In this document: piece after piece, positions 1 to 11,343 of the stretch
Position numbering within the stretch: the stretch's first letter is position 1
Layout: each line of letters starts with the position of its first letter
Assembly (NCBI RefSeq): GCF_040938485.1
Contig: NW_027270974.1
Location: 434,001 to 498,000 of the forward strand
Direction of reading: 5' to 3'
Length of the DNA: 64,000 nucleotides
Origin: Diadema antillarum
Taxonomy: Eukaryota
The notes under the pieces: generated by a model
Seen by the model: the letters and a program-made list of their open reading frames with translations, nothing else
What the model was told of the DNA's origin: nothing
Databases searched by the model: none
Program-made: the position numbers and the translations under genes

Positions 1-1244
1 AAGTATTATCCCTGTAACAGAAGCTGTGTGGTGGCTGCACTATCAATTTCGGCAATCTTAGGTTCAAAGAAGGAAGTAAAAACGCATCCTCATATACCTG
101 TAAATTAGTTTGTTTACTATGTGCATTTCTCTCTGCGTGTGTGTATGTTACAAGATCAACTGCATCGATACCTTTTGGTCATCATAATTCAATGGTAGAT
201 TGAAGGTTAACATTATTGTGCCATAAGCCACGGGCGCGGTATCAGTGGGAAGTTTGATTCAAAAAAAAAAAAAAAGAAGAGAGAGAAAGGAAACGAAAGG
301 GATATTCATAGCACGTCGTTCTAAATCATAGCAGCTGACGTTGAACAATATTACTGGAAGTGTGATCGCGTTAAGGAAACCATTTGTCCATAAGAACGTC
401 TATGCATGATTATATATTTCGTAAAAAAGTAAATTAATATATGGCATTTTTGTGATAATATGCTCACAAGATAGTAGTATAATTGCACACAATTGTTTTG
501 ATATTTCAAAGAATTCATTGAGGTCATATGGGAAACATCAACTTTTGTGAGATTAAAAAATAAAAGTAGGCCTACTATATGGCGGGGGAAAAAAGCATAC
601 AAGCAACTTCTACTCCTTTTTCTTCTATAAGTTCTTCTTCAGCTGAGTAATCTTCTTTCTACTCTTTTCCTCTTCCATTTCTTTTAAAGTCATTAGGCCT
701 ATCACATTTGGAATGTTGTATCACATCCTATAAAAAAATCTGCAATAAAGCCTAAAATATAAGGAGATATACACAATTTTTCTCAATAAACCATAACTGT
801 AGACGGTTTAGTCTAGAAACATTTTTAGTATAACATTGTTCTGCACATTTAGTATATCTAACAATACTCAACATTGACTATACATCACCGACTGATTCAA
901 ATTTTTACATTGGTTGTTTCTATCCTAAACACACATCTTAGAACTATTTTGAAGCACCGAAGCTGGGTTTTTGTTTCATCTGCAAATGGTAAATAATGCC
1001 TTTAATTCTTTGAATTACTAGTATACAATTAGGTTGTACAAACGACAGCCCAATAAAGGTCCTTTACCGTCAATGACCATTATAACTACAGCATATATAC
1101 TCACCCCTCAAATTAGGTCTTAATATAATTATGTGAAAAAGCACCATGCACCTTTGCACAAAACACTGTTATTTATTCTGGTCCTAAGCTTATGTTGGAA
1201 CAATTTGCCTATAAATCTGCCCCCATTTTATCTGTATTAAAGCA

Positions 1245-1276
<32 letters not shown>

Positions 1277-1934
1277 ACCACACCTTCTTGCATCTTATGT
1301 TGATTGATGATTGTGTGTACTTTGTATTTACGCATACTTGTACCGTATGTCACTATACTCTCTCCGTTTTTTCCTTCTCTTTCTTCCCCACCTATCTCTT
1401 GTTTTTGTTTCTCACCTCAGCCCTTTATTTTGCAATACATTGTATATCATTTCCACTCATCCGCATGTATTTTTTTGGGTGGGAGTGGGGGTGGGACCTT
1501 GTTTAACAATAAGCTGTGCTTTCATAAGGTCCCACACAACATTAATTCTTTGTAAGCATGCTTGTTCAATTTTTGTAATTATACAAAACAATGTACGTGT
1601 CCACACAAGAGGTTTGTATTACATGTGAATTGTTAGTAAAAATGAATTGAAGATTGAAGATTGAAATTGAAACGCCTTGACATAACAAGTTGAAATGAAT
1701 TGACGAGTATTCGTATTGCTAGATGCAGCATTCCAAGTGGTAGTTGTAGTCTTTCAGCCCCCTTTCACCATGTATCACCAATAAACTGTGCTCCCGATCC
1801 CAGTATCGCTTAGCAGGTGAGTAGAGAAATTTATTGTACCAGGAAGACACGGCGACTGGGAGTGACCCCCGTTACATTGAAAGGAACTCCGAAACCGATT
1901 ATTTGCTGGAGGAAAGACACTTGCCTATTCCATC

Positions 1935-4900
1935 ATGTCGAAAAACACAGGAGCATCAAAATTTAGGAAAGTAAATGTAGACGATTATGATGAGAACAAC
2001 TTCCAAGATGACCAGCTTTTCGATGATCAAGTTGCGGGACCAGACGAAGGGGAAATTCAGCGGCTTCTAAACTCGTATCCTTTTTCTGGCGGCTGGTCGC
2101 CCGGGCACGGCCCGTCGAGGCCGCGCCATCTGTCCGCTGAGCCCGTTGGCACTGCATAGCTCACTAGTGTTTTAGTGTAGTACCTAGTAGTAGTACTACA
2201 TTTGTATACAGGATCAGGAATCAGGATAGTCATGATAGTCATAGAGCAGTTTCATGCAGTGATTATAGGTCCTACTAGGACTCACAAACGTTTCATATCG
2301 TGACACAAGTTATAGATGACCTCAAACGTGTCTGTTCTATTTGATAGAAAGTTGAAATAATTCTGAATCTGTGCACTTGTCTTAGAATCGAACAGTAAAT
2401 TCCATTCTAGCTCCCTCTTCTGTTGCATGTTGCATGTTGTTGTGTTGTTTTAATTTTATGGCATTTTCCATTCTGTCTGATTAGATTACTAGGTATTAAC
2501 TGCGACAGCCGCCACACGCAGCGTGTGGCGGCTGCGCCGTGCTCCCATTCAGATCTTCATGTTGAACAAACGGGTGCCTTTGCGGCGCTATATTTCCTTA
2601 ATTTTTCAACAGAAACTACTAGGAATACTTACATGGGTCGATGAAACCTAAATGACTATCATCGGCGACTGTTTGATGCATTTCATTGTTTGTGATGCAC
2701 AAAATGATGTCTTATAAGCAGCTCACCGATGTTCACAGAATTCACAATCTCTTGCACAAGCGCACAGAATAGGGGAGCTATTCGTTATTCTCACATAAGC
2801 GAAACTGCGGGGAAGCCGCCAGGACCGCGCCTGGCGGCGCGGTCTCCGGGGCTAACTAGGTATATACAGTGTAGTGTATATGGTAGGTGTCCAACACATC
2901 AACACTCTACATGAAAAGTCCACGAAACTGACACCCCTCTATCTATAGCACTGCGCGTACACAGAACGAACATACATGTACACGCATGAGACTATGCTAT
3001 GCGGAGTGGTTTTCTATTCTGCTGGGGATTTGAAAATGTCCAAATATTACTGAACAACCTGATGATAAACATGATCAACAGCAAAACAATGACACCGTAT
3101 AATGAAATTACATGTTGGAAAAACATTACATGCACATCACACGTATTAGCAATAGGGGATGGGGCATATTTGAATGGATTGTTTGTGTATAGACCCTATA
3201 CCGTAATCAAGTGTGTGTGCGTACACCAGTATGCATGTTGTGGAATATAATACAGTAGTAAATGTGCATCGATTTTCATGCGTGGAAATGTTAAAACAAT
3301 TATTGTGTGTGTGTGTGTCTGTGAATTGGTACATGTAGGGGAAAAAATGATTAGGGAACTGCACAGCACAAATTTAAGAACCTGCAAATAATGCTTTTGA
3401 GCTGCTCATCCAGAAGATTTAGTTGCGCGAAAATATCAACGTAATTATTACAGTCGTTATCATTGTTAATATTATTATCATCATCATCATCATCTTTCAT
3501 GGATACCCACCTGGTTCTGACAAATACATTGTACATTGGAAGTTGTATGTTCCCCATAGGTTTGCCCTGCCTTAATTGTGACCAGCCCGAATGCGAAGCC
3601 ACAGTATAACTGTGTGAAGGAGCGCCCCGGGGTTAGCCTTACTTGTGCTTCTGATATCTTTGAAGTCTATGTGGTTCTGTTTTGCGGCGCGCTGCAACCA
3701 TAACGCTGCTGTGATGATCGTAATTACTCGGTCGCGACGCCTCGCACAACATGGTCAGTAAATAACTAAAATGTAATTAACTCACTTATATAAAGTGAGG
3801 TAAGGTAACTTACCTTGCTCGGTAGTCCTGCATTATAGGGCAGGACCAAAGAAGAGACAGGTAGGCAGGATGCCGCGGATGCCAGGTCGTACTGCTTTCC
3901 CTGGCTGGTACGCGGTGTCGCAGTGTCGCTGGTTTCCTTGGTCGCTTGCTGTTTCGGGTTCCTTGTTCTTTTTTCTTGTTCCTTGTCTCTCTTCGTAGTA
4001 TGTGCCACGTCCCCTTTTTATACTGTGGTAAGCGGACGGGTTGCCCATGCTGGGCTAGAGGGTGGAGATACCCGTAGCCGTATTGTAAAACCCATTCAGT
4101 TGCCCGTAACCCTATCCCTTGGGGGTGTATGTGTGTGTGTGTGTGTGTCACGGGTCACTGCCCGTGCAGCATAATTGCCGGTTTCGAGCCAGGCATATTA
4201 TGCCGCACGGGCGAACATATAAACATATGCTTATATGTTGCCTTATGCAACAGTTCCATAAAAAAGATACTGATTTCTTCTCTCAATGTGTCCTCATGCC
4301 TTGAGTCTGCCTGGCACTAAGGTGGGTTTTATATCCAGGCAAATATCTCAAGTTCTGCTGGACCAAACTGCATGTCAAATATGAGCACAGAATACAGTGT
4401 ATCCTTCATTTTTGTATCAAATCACCCAAGTCACTCAGTACAATAACATATGGTTGCAGCTGGTATTCTTTTTAACAGTATGCATAGTTGGAGATATACT
4501 CTTTCAAACTGACCATGCATCACTGCCAGAAAAGAAATAAGAATAAAAAATATCAAAGCAAAACTCAACATTTTCCTATCTCTGGTTCTAAAATTCAGTT
4601 TTTGTGCAGTGGACTCCTGTTATACGATGTAACAAAGTCCTTGGGACCGGCAGTTTTCTTTCATTATAGGTGATAAGCACAATCAGGGTATGCAATCATG
4701 ACTGTCTCACTCTAAAAAATTGTAACTTCTAAAAGGATGCACCAACTGACTTAAAAATTCACATGCAGCATGCTAAGACATCAATAATCAGATGTGTTAA
4801 GACAATAGCTAATTTCTTCTCATTTACTGTTAATTATTAAAGATTAATTACCAAAAGTCCCCCAAAACCCACGTAATGCGTCAAAAAAAGCGTTTTACAA

Positions 4901-7900
4901 CTTACGTAAAATCAAGATTTGAGGTCCATATTTTAAGTCTACCCCTATGTGTTTGGTATCAAATTAATGGATTTTTTCCTGGCATTGCTTGCATGCAATA
5001 AAAAACAGTGGTTCTTTCACCTGGAGAAAGTTATGAGGTCTGAAGTCCCATCCTGGTAGGAGTGTAATGCTGGCTTATTTTTGTGACATTGTGACCTTTT
5101 AACCCATGCTGTACAGCTATACATGGAGAAACAGCTTATTTTTATGCTTTTCCTGAAAGTACTGAAGACACACTACAATATGTGCGCTGTTTGCCAATAA
5201 ATGTTTAGCCACTTTTGAGTTTTGAGCCATTTTCAAATGCTGAGTAAAATAAGTGCAGCCGTTTTTCAGTATTTTCAGTGAGGTATATCCTAATTTGACT
5301 ACTTTAAAGAATCTTTTCCCCTTATTGAATATCCTTGTATTTTTAATCATGAATTGTACATATGTAGAAATCTATTGTGTGAAAATTTTAGCAAATTTGA
5401 GCAATAGGAACTTATTATTTTATATTTTTACAAATTGCTGAGCATAAAAAAGTGCGATACACGCCCATGTTATACTGCATGAAGGTCATATGATAAGTGT
5501 TCAGTGTTCATATTTCAATGATTGTTCAATTTCTAAAGATATCATAAGCAAAAACATAGTATTTTGGCTTAATATGTCATTGTTTGAGTGTCACAGCTTG
5601 GATATCAACTCAAGTCATCATAAATCTCACATTCATTCTTCTATCTGTGTTTACAAATATGAGAATTGATCCAAACACTGTGCGCACATTCAAGGTCAAA
5701 CTGTACAGATAATTTTTTGATGAAAAATATAATATCTTCCAAAGTACCAGCCCTAATTTCATAAAAATTTGTAATAATGGCCACTTTATGTCTGTTACCT
5801 ATTCCTGAAAGTTTCGCCTCTTCACTTTTTGGCAAACGTGAAATATGATAAAATATGTAAAAGCAGTTTTATTTGAATTCAAAATAATGCCTACAAAATT
5901 GATCATCCATGTCGAGAAGTGAAAATATGAAATTCATTCATATTTTGTGATAAGTCATGGCTATGTGCCGGTGGTGAATGAAAGGGATGTTTATCAGGAA
6001 TATCTAACAGCAATATCAGATGAAAAAAACATTCTCCTTTTTTTTAAATGAATTTTTCCAATATATTAGTCATTTCAATGTAATTCGACAACCCTAATTT
6101 AAATGCTAATTTATGCACAGTTTAATGCAAAATTTTGACTCTTTCTTTACATGAAATGAAAATTTGAACAGTCAGCTACAACAAACAACAAAAAAAGCAT
6201 TTTCACCAAGTTTTTTCATTTTTGTCCTGTTACACAATTGCATACCCTGATTGTGCTATTGACCTATAACGCATAAAATGAATGTTGCAGCCCTAATTGT
6301 TACTTCGTTTAACCAGAATTTCGTTATAACCGTGTTCATTATAATGGGAGTGCACTGTACACATACAAGTGTACTTCTTTCTGTGAATGCCACCCTTTAT
6401 ATTGGCTTGAAAGTTTTCATACAAATTACAATCTGAACATATGAATCCTGCTGTTATTTCAAAGCTAACCTTAACTATGTACATTTGGTGTTTAGAAAGA
6501 AAAATACGGAAGCTCTCCATCTTGCGCTGAAGAACCCTCCCGTCATGTCCAAGAATCCAGGAGTCAAAGTAAGTGCTTCTCAGGATTGTTAAATGTAGTT
6601 TGACCATTCAGAAGTGAACATGATGGAAAAGAAATCTTGTGATTGGCCCTCGGTATTGTTTGCATAGGACATACAGCATACATGTGCAGCTTACAATGGT
6701 ATATCTACCCTCACTGACTCTTCATAATTAAGCAGAGGGTACTTGTGCTACCCCCCATTCCATTTATAGTGAAGAGCGCTGTAACGTGGGGGGGGGGGGG
6801 GGGACCTACAATTGTACACAGTACAGTGCCAACTTAAAACTACTGTAGCACTCACACTTACCATTTGCCCATCCAATTGAAAAGTTTGAGTTAAGTAAAA
6901 ATGAAAACTTTTCAAAAAAGTTTTTAAAGATGTTTATTTTGTTAGTGGAATCAATTCATTTAGAGACACCCACACATCCTGAAGTCACAGAGCTGCTGTA
7001 TGGTGTATCGACAAAAAACAGAACTCTCTTTAGCAGACTTACTAAATTCATTGCATTTTATCCCCTATCTTAAATGCAGTTTATTGTTTACTCTCTCCTG
7101 CACTTACTTGTATGCATTGTTATCTTACACACTTTGCTCATGGATAGGCTAAGGCTTTCTCGGTGGTTATGAGGGTTCTAACAAACTTCAAGTCATCAGA
7201 AGTCGAGAATGCAGTGAACTCCCTAGACCCTGAGAGTATTGACGTCTTAATGAAGTACATCTACCGCAGCTTTGCTGAGCCATCCGAAGGAACAGCGGGT
7301 ATTATGCTGACGTGGCATGAAAAGGTATCAACTTTTGTTTCGTTCTCTGCTCTATTCATCTCTACAGTATTCTTTCAGAAAATTAGAGTTGAGCTTTGCT
7401 TTCTTTGATACATAAAGAGGTGGTATAGTTTTGGTTGAGATGGGGATTTAGGTTTTAACTTTTTGCGAGATAATTAGTAATCACTTGTATGAAATACTGT
7501 AGAAACAAACACAAACAGACAAACTGACTAGAATGAATATTATTTATTAGGGAAAATTAAGCAAAGAAAATGGGATTCATCCCATTTTCTTTGCTCAATT
7601 TTCCACTACTAAATACTGTAGAATGCGATATTTTTGCGGCATGAAATTTTTGCGACTGGGAGCTGACGGCCTCATTCACAGTGTAAAATTTTCACTAGTT
7701 GCCTCTAACATTCAATGCATTCAGTGTAGACAAGATCTTTAGTGTGCATTTTAACTTGGCGAAAATCAGCTCGCGGAATTCTTGAAATTAAAATGCACAA
7801 GAACATTTCTCGTTTTACAGTATTAAAGAGCATATAATTTAAGAGAAATCAGATGAAAATCGGTTATGGAATGGCTGAAATATCCAAGGACAAAGTAAAA

Positions 7901-10377
7901 CAAAGTGGTCCGAATGAAAGGTTAGCCCCACTTTTTATTAGGATCGCTTTGTTTTTTGGTTGTCTCGGCCATTACAAAACCGATTGTCATCAAGTAAACT
8001 GTTGATTCCTCTTAGAAGTGGATGCTCTTTGAGATGTAAGTGGTTTCTAGTTCGCAGAAAGTTAAAATGTGAATCGCCATCTCAACCAATGCTATACCAT
8101 CCCTTTAAATACCATGTTGATCACTTGAGATGTGAAAATTACTGTGATCAACTCATGGTATGAAATCAGTTTTAATTGCAATTTACCTGAAATTTTAAAT
8201 AGAATTTATTATTACCAGAAAAACAAAAAAGAACCTGCATTCCACTACAGTTTTCTTTTGCAGTCCTTCATGTTTGTGATTTTTAAGTTACTCAAAATTT
8301 AGCATTCAAGACTAAACTTTAAAGACCTATTTATTTTTATAAGCAACTTTAAATTTCAAGACTTTAAATGAATGAGGAGATTTATATTTGTAACTGCACA
8401 TACTTTTACAATGTAGCATGTCACATGACTCAATCATTACTGTAGCCAGGGCTCCACACTAACTTTTTTTTTTGGTGGCCCAATGGGGCCACCAAAATCA
8501 TCAATTTCAAATTTTTGGTGGCCTGAAAAAAAAAAGAACAATAAGAAACATTAAAAGTCCTGTTTTTTTTTTTAATGAGTCACACACTCACTACATGCAT
8601 TTATGCATTTCCGGCACAAAAAGTTATGAATTTATTGACCTAGGCCCCTACTTTTCAAAAAAATTTGAGGGCCCAAGGCGGGCCACCAAATTTGAACTTT
8701 TTTAAAATTTGGTGGCCCGACTTTCATTTTTGGTGGCCCCGGGCCACCGTTAGTGTCGAGCCCTGCTGTAGCTATATTTGATATAATTATTACTAGTATT
8801 ACTGTCATCAATGTTGTTAGTAGTACAGGTGTAGTATAATATGGTTGTAGTAGCAGTTGTTTTAAAAGTATGATTGTCATTCTTGTTTTGTTATCATTGT
8901 CTTTTTTTTTTTATATATCAGTACTTACAGAGACTCCAACTCTCCTGCTTTTGACGGGAGATCTCCCACCGAAAGCCCATTTGGCAAAATCTCCTTTTCT
9001 CCCACTTGAGATTAAATTTTTCCCGCTTGTGTGGTTTTGTAGATGCCAATCAATTGCATATGCATGCATGAATAGCATAGATCTGCATATGGTGTATGAA
9101 ATGAAGTTTTATTAAGCCAATACAGGGGAAACTCGGTATAACGAACACTGCTATAACGAGATATCGGTTATAACGAGGAAATTTTCTCGGTCCCAAATTT
9201 CCTTCCACACAAGTCTATGTAAAATGCTACTCTTATAGCGAGATCGGCTATAACGAAATAACTGATATAACGAGATAAATTTTGTGACTTCCAAACAAAG
9301 AAAAACATAGTAAATCAAACCTGCTATAGCGAGGTACAGCAAAATGCCTTCGGTAAAGCTTTACTTCGCCTGTGCTATCATCTTTCGAGATTGTATGTAC
9401 AAAGCTTGATGCGTCAAAAACTGTCTTGTTCACACATATTCATTTTCTTCAGTGCACTCCAGCTAGCACTACATGTTGTACGTGTGAAGTATGTGTGTGT
9501 GCACGCACACTGATACATGCAGAAAATGTGGTGGGACGGCCATACGTATACATGACATCATCATGACGTTTAGCAGGTGTGAGGCAATCTGATGCTGTGA
9601 TTGGCCTTCTACTTAGGGAATTCCCCGTCTTCACACACACACACACACACGCAGTCATAATGTACATACAGAATGTGCTGTGCAGGCCATATTCAAGCTT
9701 TCCACACAACACACACCCGTACGATAACCACATACCAATCCACAGACGATCTTGATACAATCGCAAGCTATATAAATTTACAAATTCAAACATCTACAAT
9801 TAATAAGAAACACATTCTTGATATTGGATTTCCTTGGCGAAAAACATCTTCTTACCCATAAAGGTGAGTAATTCCCTCACACACAATATGAAGTTATCAG
9901 TATTGATTGAAATATGATGGGTAGTCCCACATGTGCAAATTAATGTCTTTATTTTATGCCTTCTTTTATGCCTACTGATATAACGAGATATCGGCTATAA
10001 CGAGGAAAATGACTCGGTCCCGACCATCTCGTTATATCGAGTTTCCACTGTATATGATTTAAGTCATTGAATTATAACTTTTTAGTGCCATCGTATGTTG
10101 AATAATAAGCCTGGGATAGAACGAGAGAGCACCTAGAACCCTATTGACCCAAGGGACTTCGCGCACATGAAGTTTGAGTCTCCTGTCTTCTACACCACTG
10201 TAGGGGTTTCAGGCAGGAGAATCAGAAGGTGCTTGGGGTTGGAGTCTCTGTACTTATATGTACAGGGTGGATTTTTTTTTCTTAAATTCATTTCGTGACA
10301 GTCTTGTCAATTGTCATCAAATTGTTTCTATGGCTGTTTTGATCCATCTCAGTGTTACTCTTCTTTATGCTTATGAT

Positions 10378-10420
<43 letters not shown>

Positions 10421-10603
10421 TCTATTTTCAAATGATAAGACAAGCAGAGATGCCTGTCTTTCTTTTATTACTTGCCAGCTGATTCTAATGCCCAGTTTGT
10501 TTTGTTTTGTTCTCTTTCTTTCTTGTCTCTCCATCTCTAGGTGTATGCCGTGGGAGGTGTGGGATGTATAATGCGAGTGCTAACCGACAGGAAAGGCGTC
10601 TGA
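1935..10603 (+). CDS. ARPC5: Actin-related protein 2/3 complex subunit 5 (p16-Arc), 150 aa, 4 exons: 1935-2074, 6496-6568, 7148-7324, 10541-10603
   Basis: The spliced frame is open throughout (140+73+177+63=453 nt): MSKNTGASKFRKVNVDDYDENNFQDD...GPDEGEIQRLLNS|KKNTEALHLALKNPPVMSKNPGVK|AKAFSVVMRVLTNFK...DVLMKYIYRSF...MLTWHEK|VYAVGGVGCIMRVLTDRKGV*. It matches p16-Arc family motifs, and all junctions are GT-AG. Confidence 0.97.
3611..4252 (-). mobile_element. LTR-like, CpG-rich insert in ARPC5 intron 1 (possible solo LTR)
   Basis: TG...CA ends; TATAAAAAGGGG on the minus strand near 4011-4022; abrupt rise in CpG content; many short palindromes. No clear target-site duplication (TSD) found. Confidence 0.4.
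4607..6357. mobile_element. CAGTG-terminated Tc1/mariner-pogo-type MITE split by a 1.58-kb insertion
   Basis: Left end CAGTGGACTCCTGTTATACGA (4607); the right end reverse-complements to CAGTGCACTCCCATTATAATGA (ends 6357). The right end matches the intact copy at about 36886-37090. Confidence 0.65.
4676..6257. mobile_element. Non-autonomous DNA transposon with perfect 21-bp terminal inverted repeats (TIRs)
   Basis: AGCACAATCAGGGTATGCAAT (4676-4696) is the exact reverse complement of 6237-6257. No coding capacity is visible inside. Confidence 0.75.
7614..7822. mobile_element. TACTGTA...TACAGTA MITE family copy (degenerate)
   Basis: Ends and internal (TTT)GCG/CGCGAAAA motifs are shared with copies at 14457-14870, 21647-21858 and 36514-36727. 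Confidence 0.6.
8447..8765. mobile_element. CAGGGCTCGACACTAAC-TIR MITE with 7-bp TSD CTGTAGC
   Basis: TIR CAGGGCTCCACACTAAC / GTTAGTGTCGAGCCCTG; TSD at 8440-8446 and 8766-8772; internal GGTGGCCC/GGGCCACC subterminal motifs; second copy at 59259-59655. Confidence 0.85.
9123..10050. mobile_element. CAG(T/G)GGAAACTCG-TIR MITE flanked by TA, with internal ATAACGAG repeats and a probable internal insertion
   Basis: CAGGGGAAACTCGGTATAACGA ... TCGTTATATCGAGTTTCCACTG with TA on both sides. An approximately 43-bp internal direct repeat occurs at about 9154-9195 and 9979-10021. Confidence 0.7.
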
Positions 10604-11255
10604 TCTAAGCCACTTTCAGAGACCCTTTCCCCGTTCACAGCATAACACATTTGTATTTTTGTGTTTCTTTTTTACCGTACAGATTATTTAATCATATTGC
10701 CAGAATATGTAGGAAGTGGCCAATCACTGTAGGTCATTACCCGCGTTACTTTCAGAACGTGTCATGCATTCCTTTTAAACAAGGACGATATGTTAGCACA
10801 GAGCAAAGTGTTATGACGTCACTCGACATGTTTTAATGCGTACTGTTCTCCCTGTATGTCACAGTAAGATGTTCGTGTGACCGTATTAACCAAAGCAATA
10901 AGCTGTATCAAAGATTTTGTCATTGGAAAGTGCCAATGAATGAAAAAAAAAAATGATAAGTTCGGTGAGAATTCTTATATCTGGGAGAAGAAGTCAAGCA
11001 TTTTACGTTCATTGTGGTTTCTTTGTCCTTGATATCCTCTGGTTTACGTTTACTGCAAGTCTCTTGTATCCTTTCAGTGTTTTAGTTTGTGTGGAATATG
11101 GGCACGAATGTATCCCCAATTAAATGCCGTTATTGCTTTTTGTTAATCTTTGTTGACTTTAGAAGTTTGATCATTTGTTGGGACTATATCTCCTGAAAGC
11201 TGTATTTTAAAAGATTAACCTTGCATAATTCAAACTCCTGCAAAGAAGATTCTGC

Positions 11256-11343
11256 TTAACCCGTTGAGGACGGGCTGATTTTGCTATAGCATGCATTGAG
11301 ACACCTGCCCGAGTATACTCGGGACTAGTCTTCAACTGGTTAA
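11256..11343. mobile_element. piggyBac-like MITE (TTAA flanks, CCC...GG(G/T) ends), copy 1
   Basis: TTAACCCGTTGAGGACG...CAACTGGTTAA; internal palindrome CCCGAGTATACTCGGG at 11308-11323. Confidence 0.75.

Larger units (their letters stand above)
2075..6495 (+). other. U12-type (minor spliceosome) GT-AG intron, ARPC5 intron 1
   Basis: 5' splice site GTATCCTTTT at 2075; branch-site CCTTAAC at 6469-6475, about 20 nt before TTTAG (6491-6495); little polypyrimidine tract. Confidence 0.9.
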
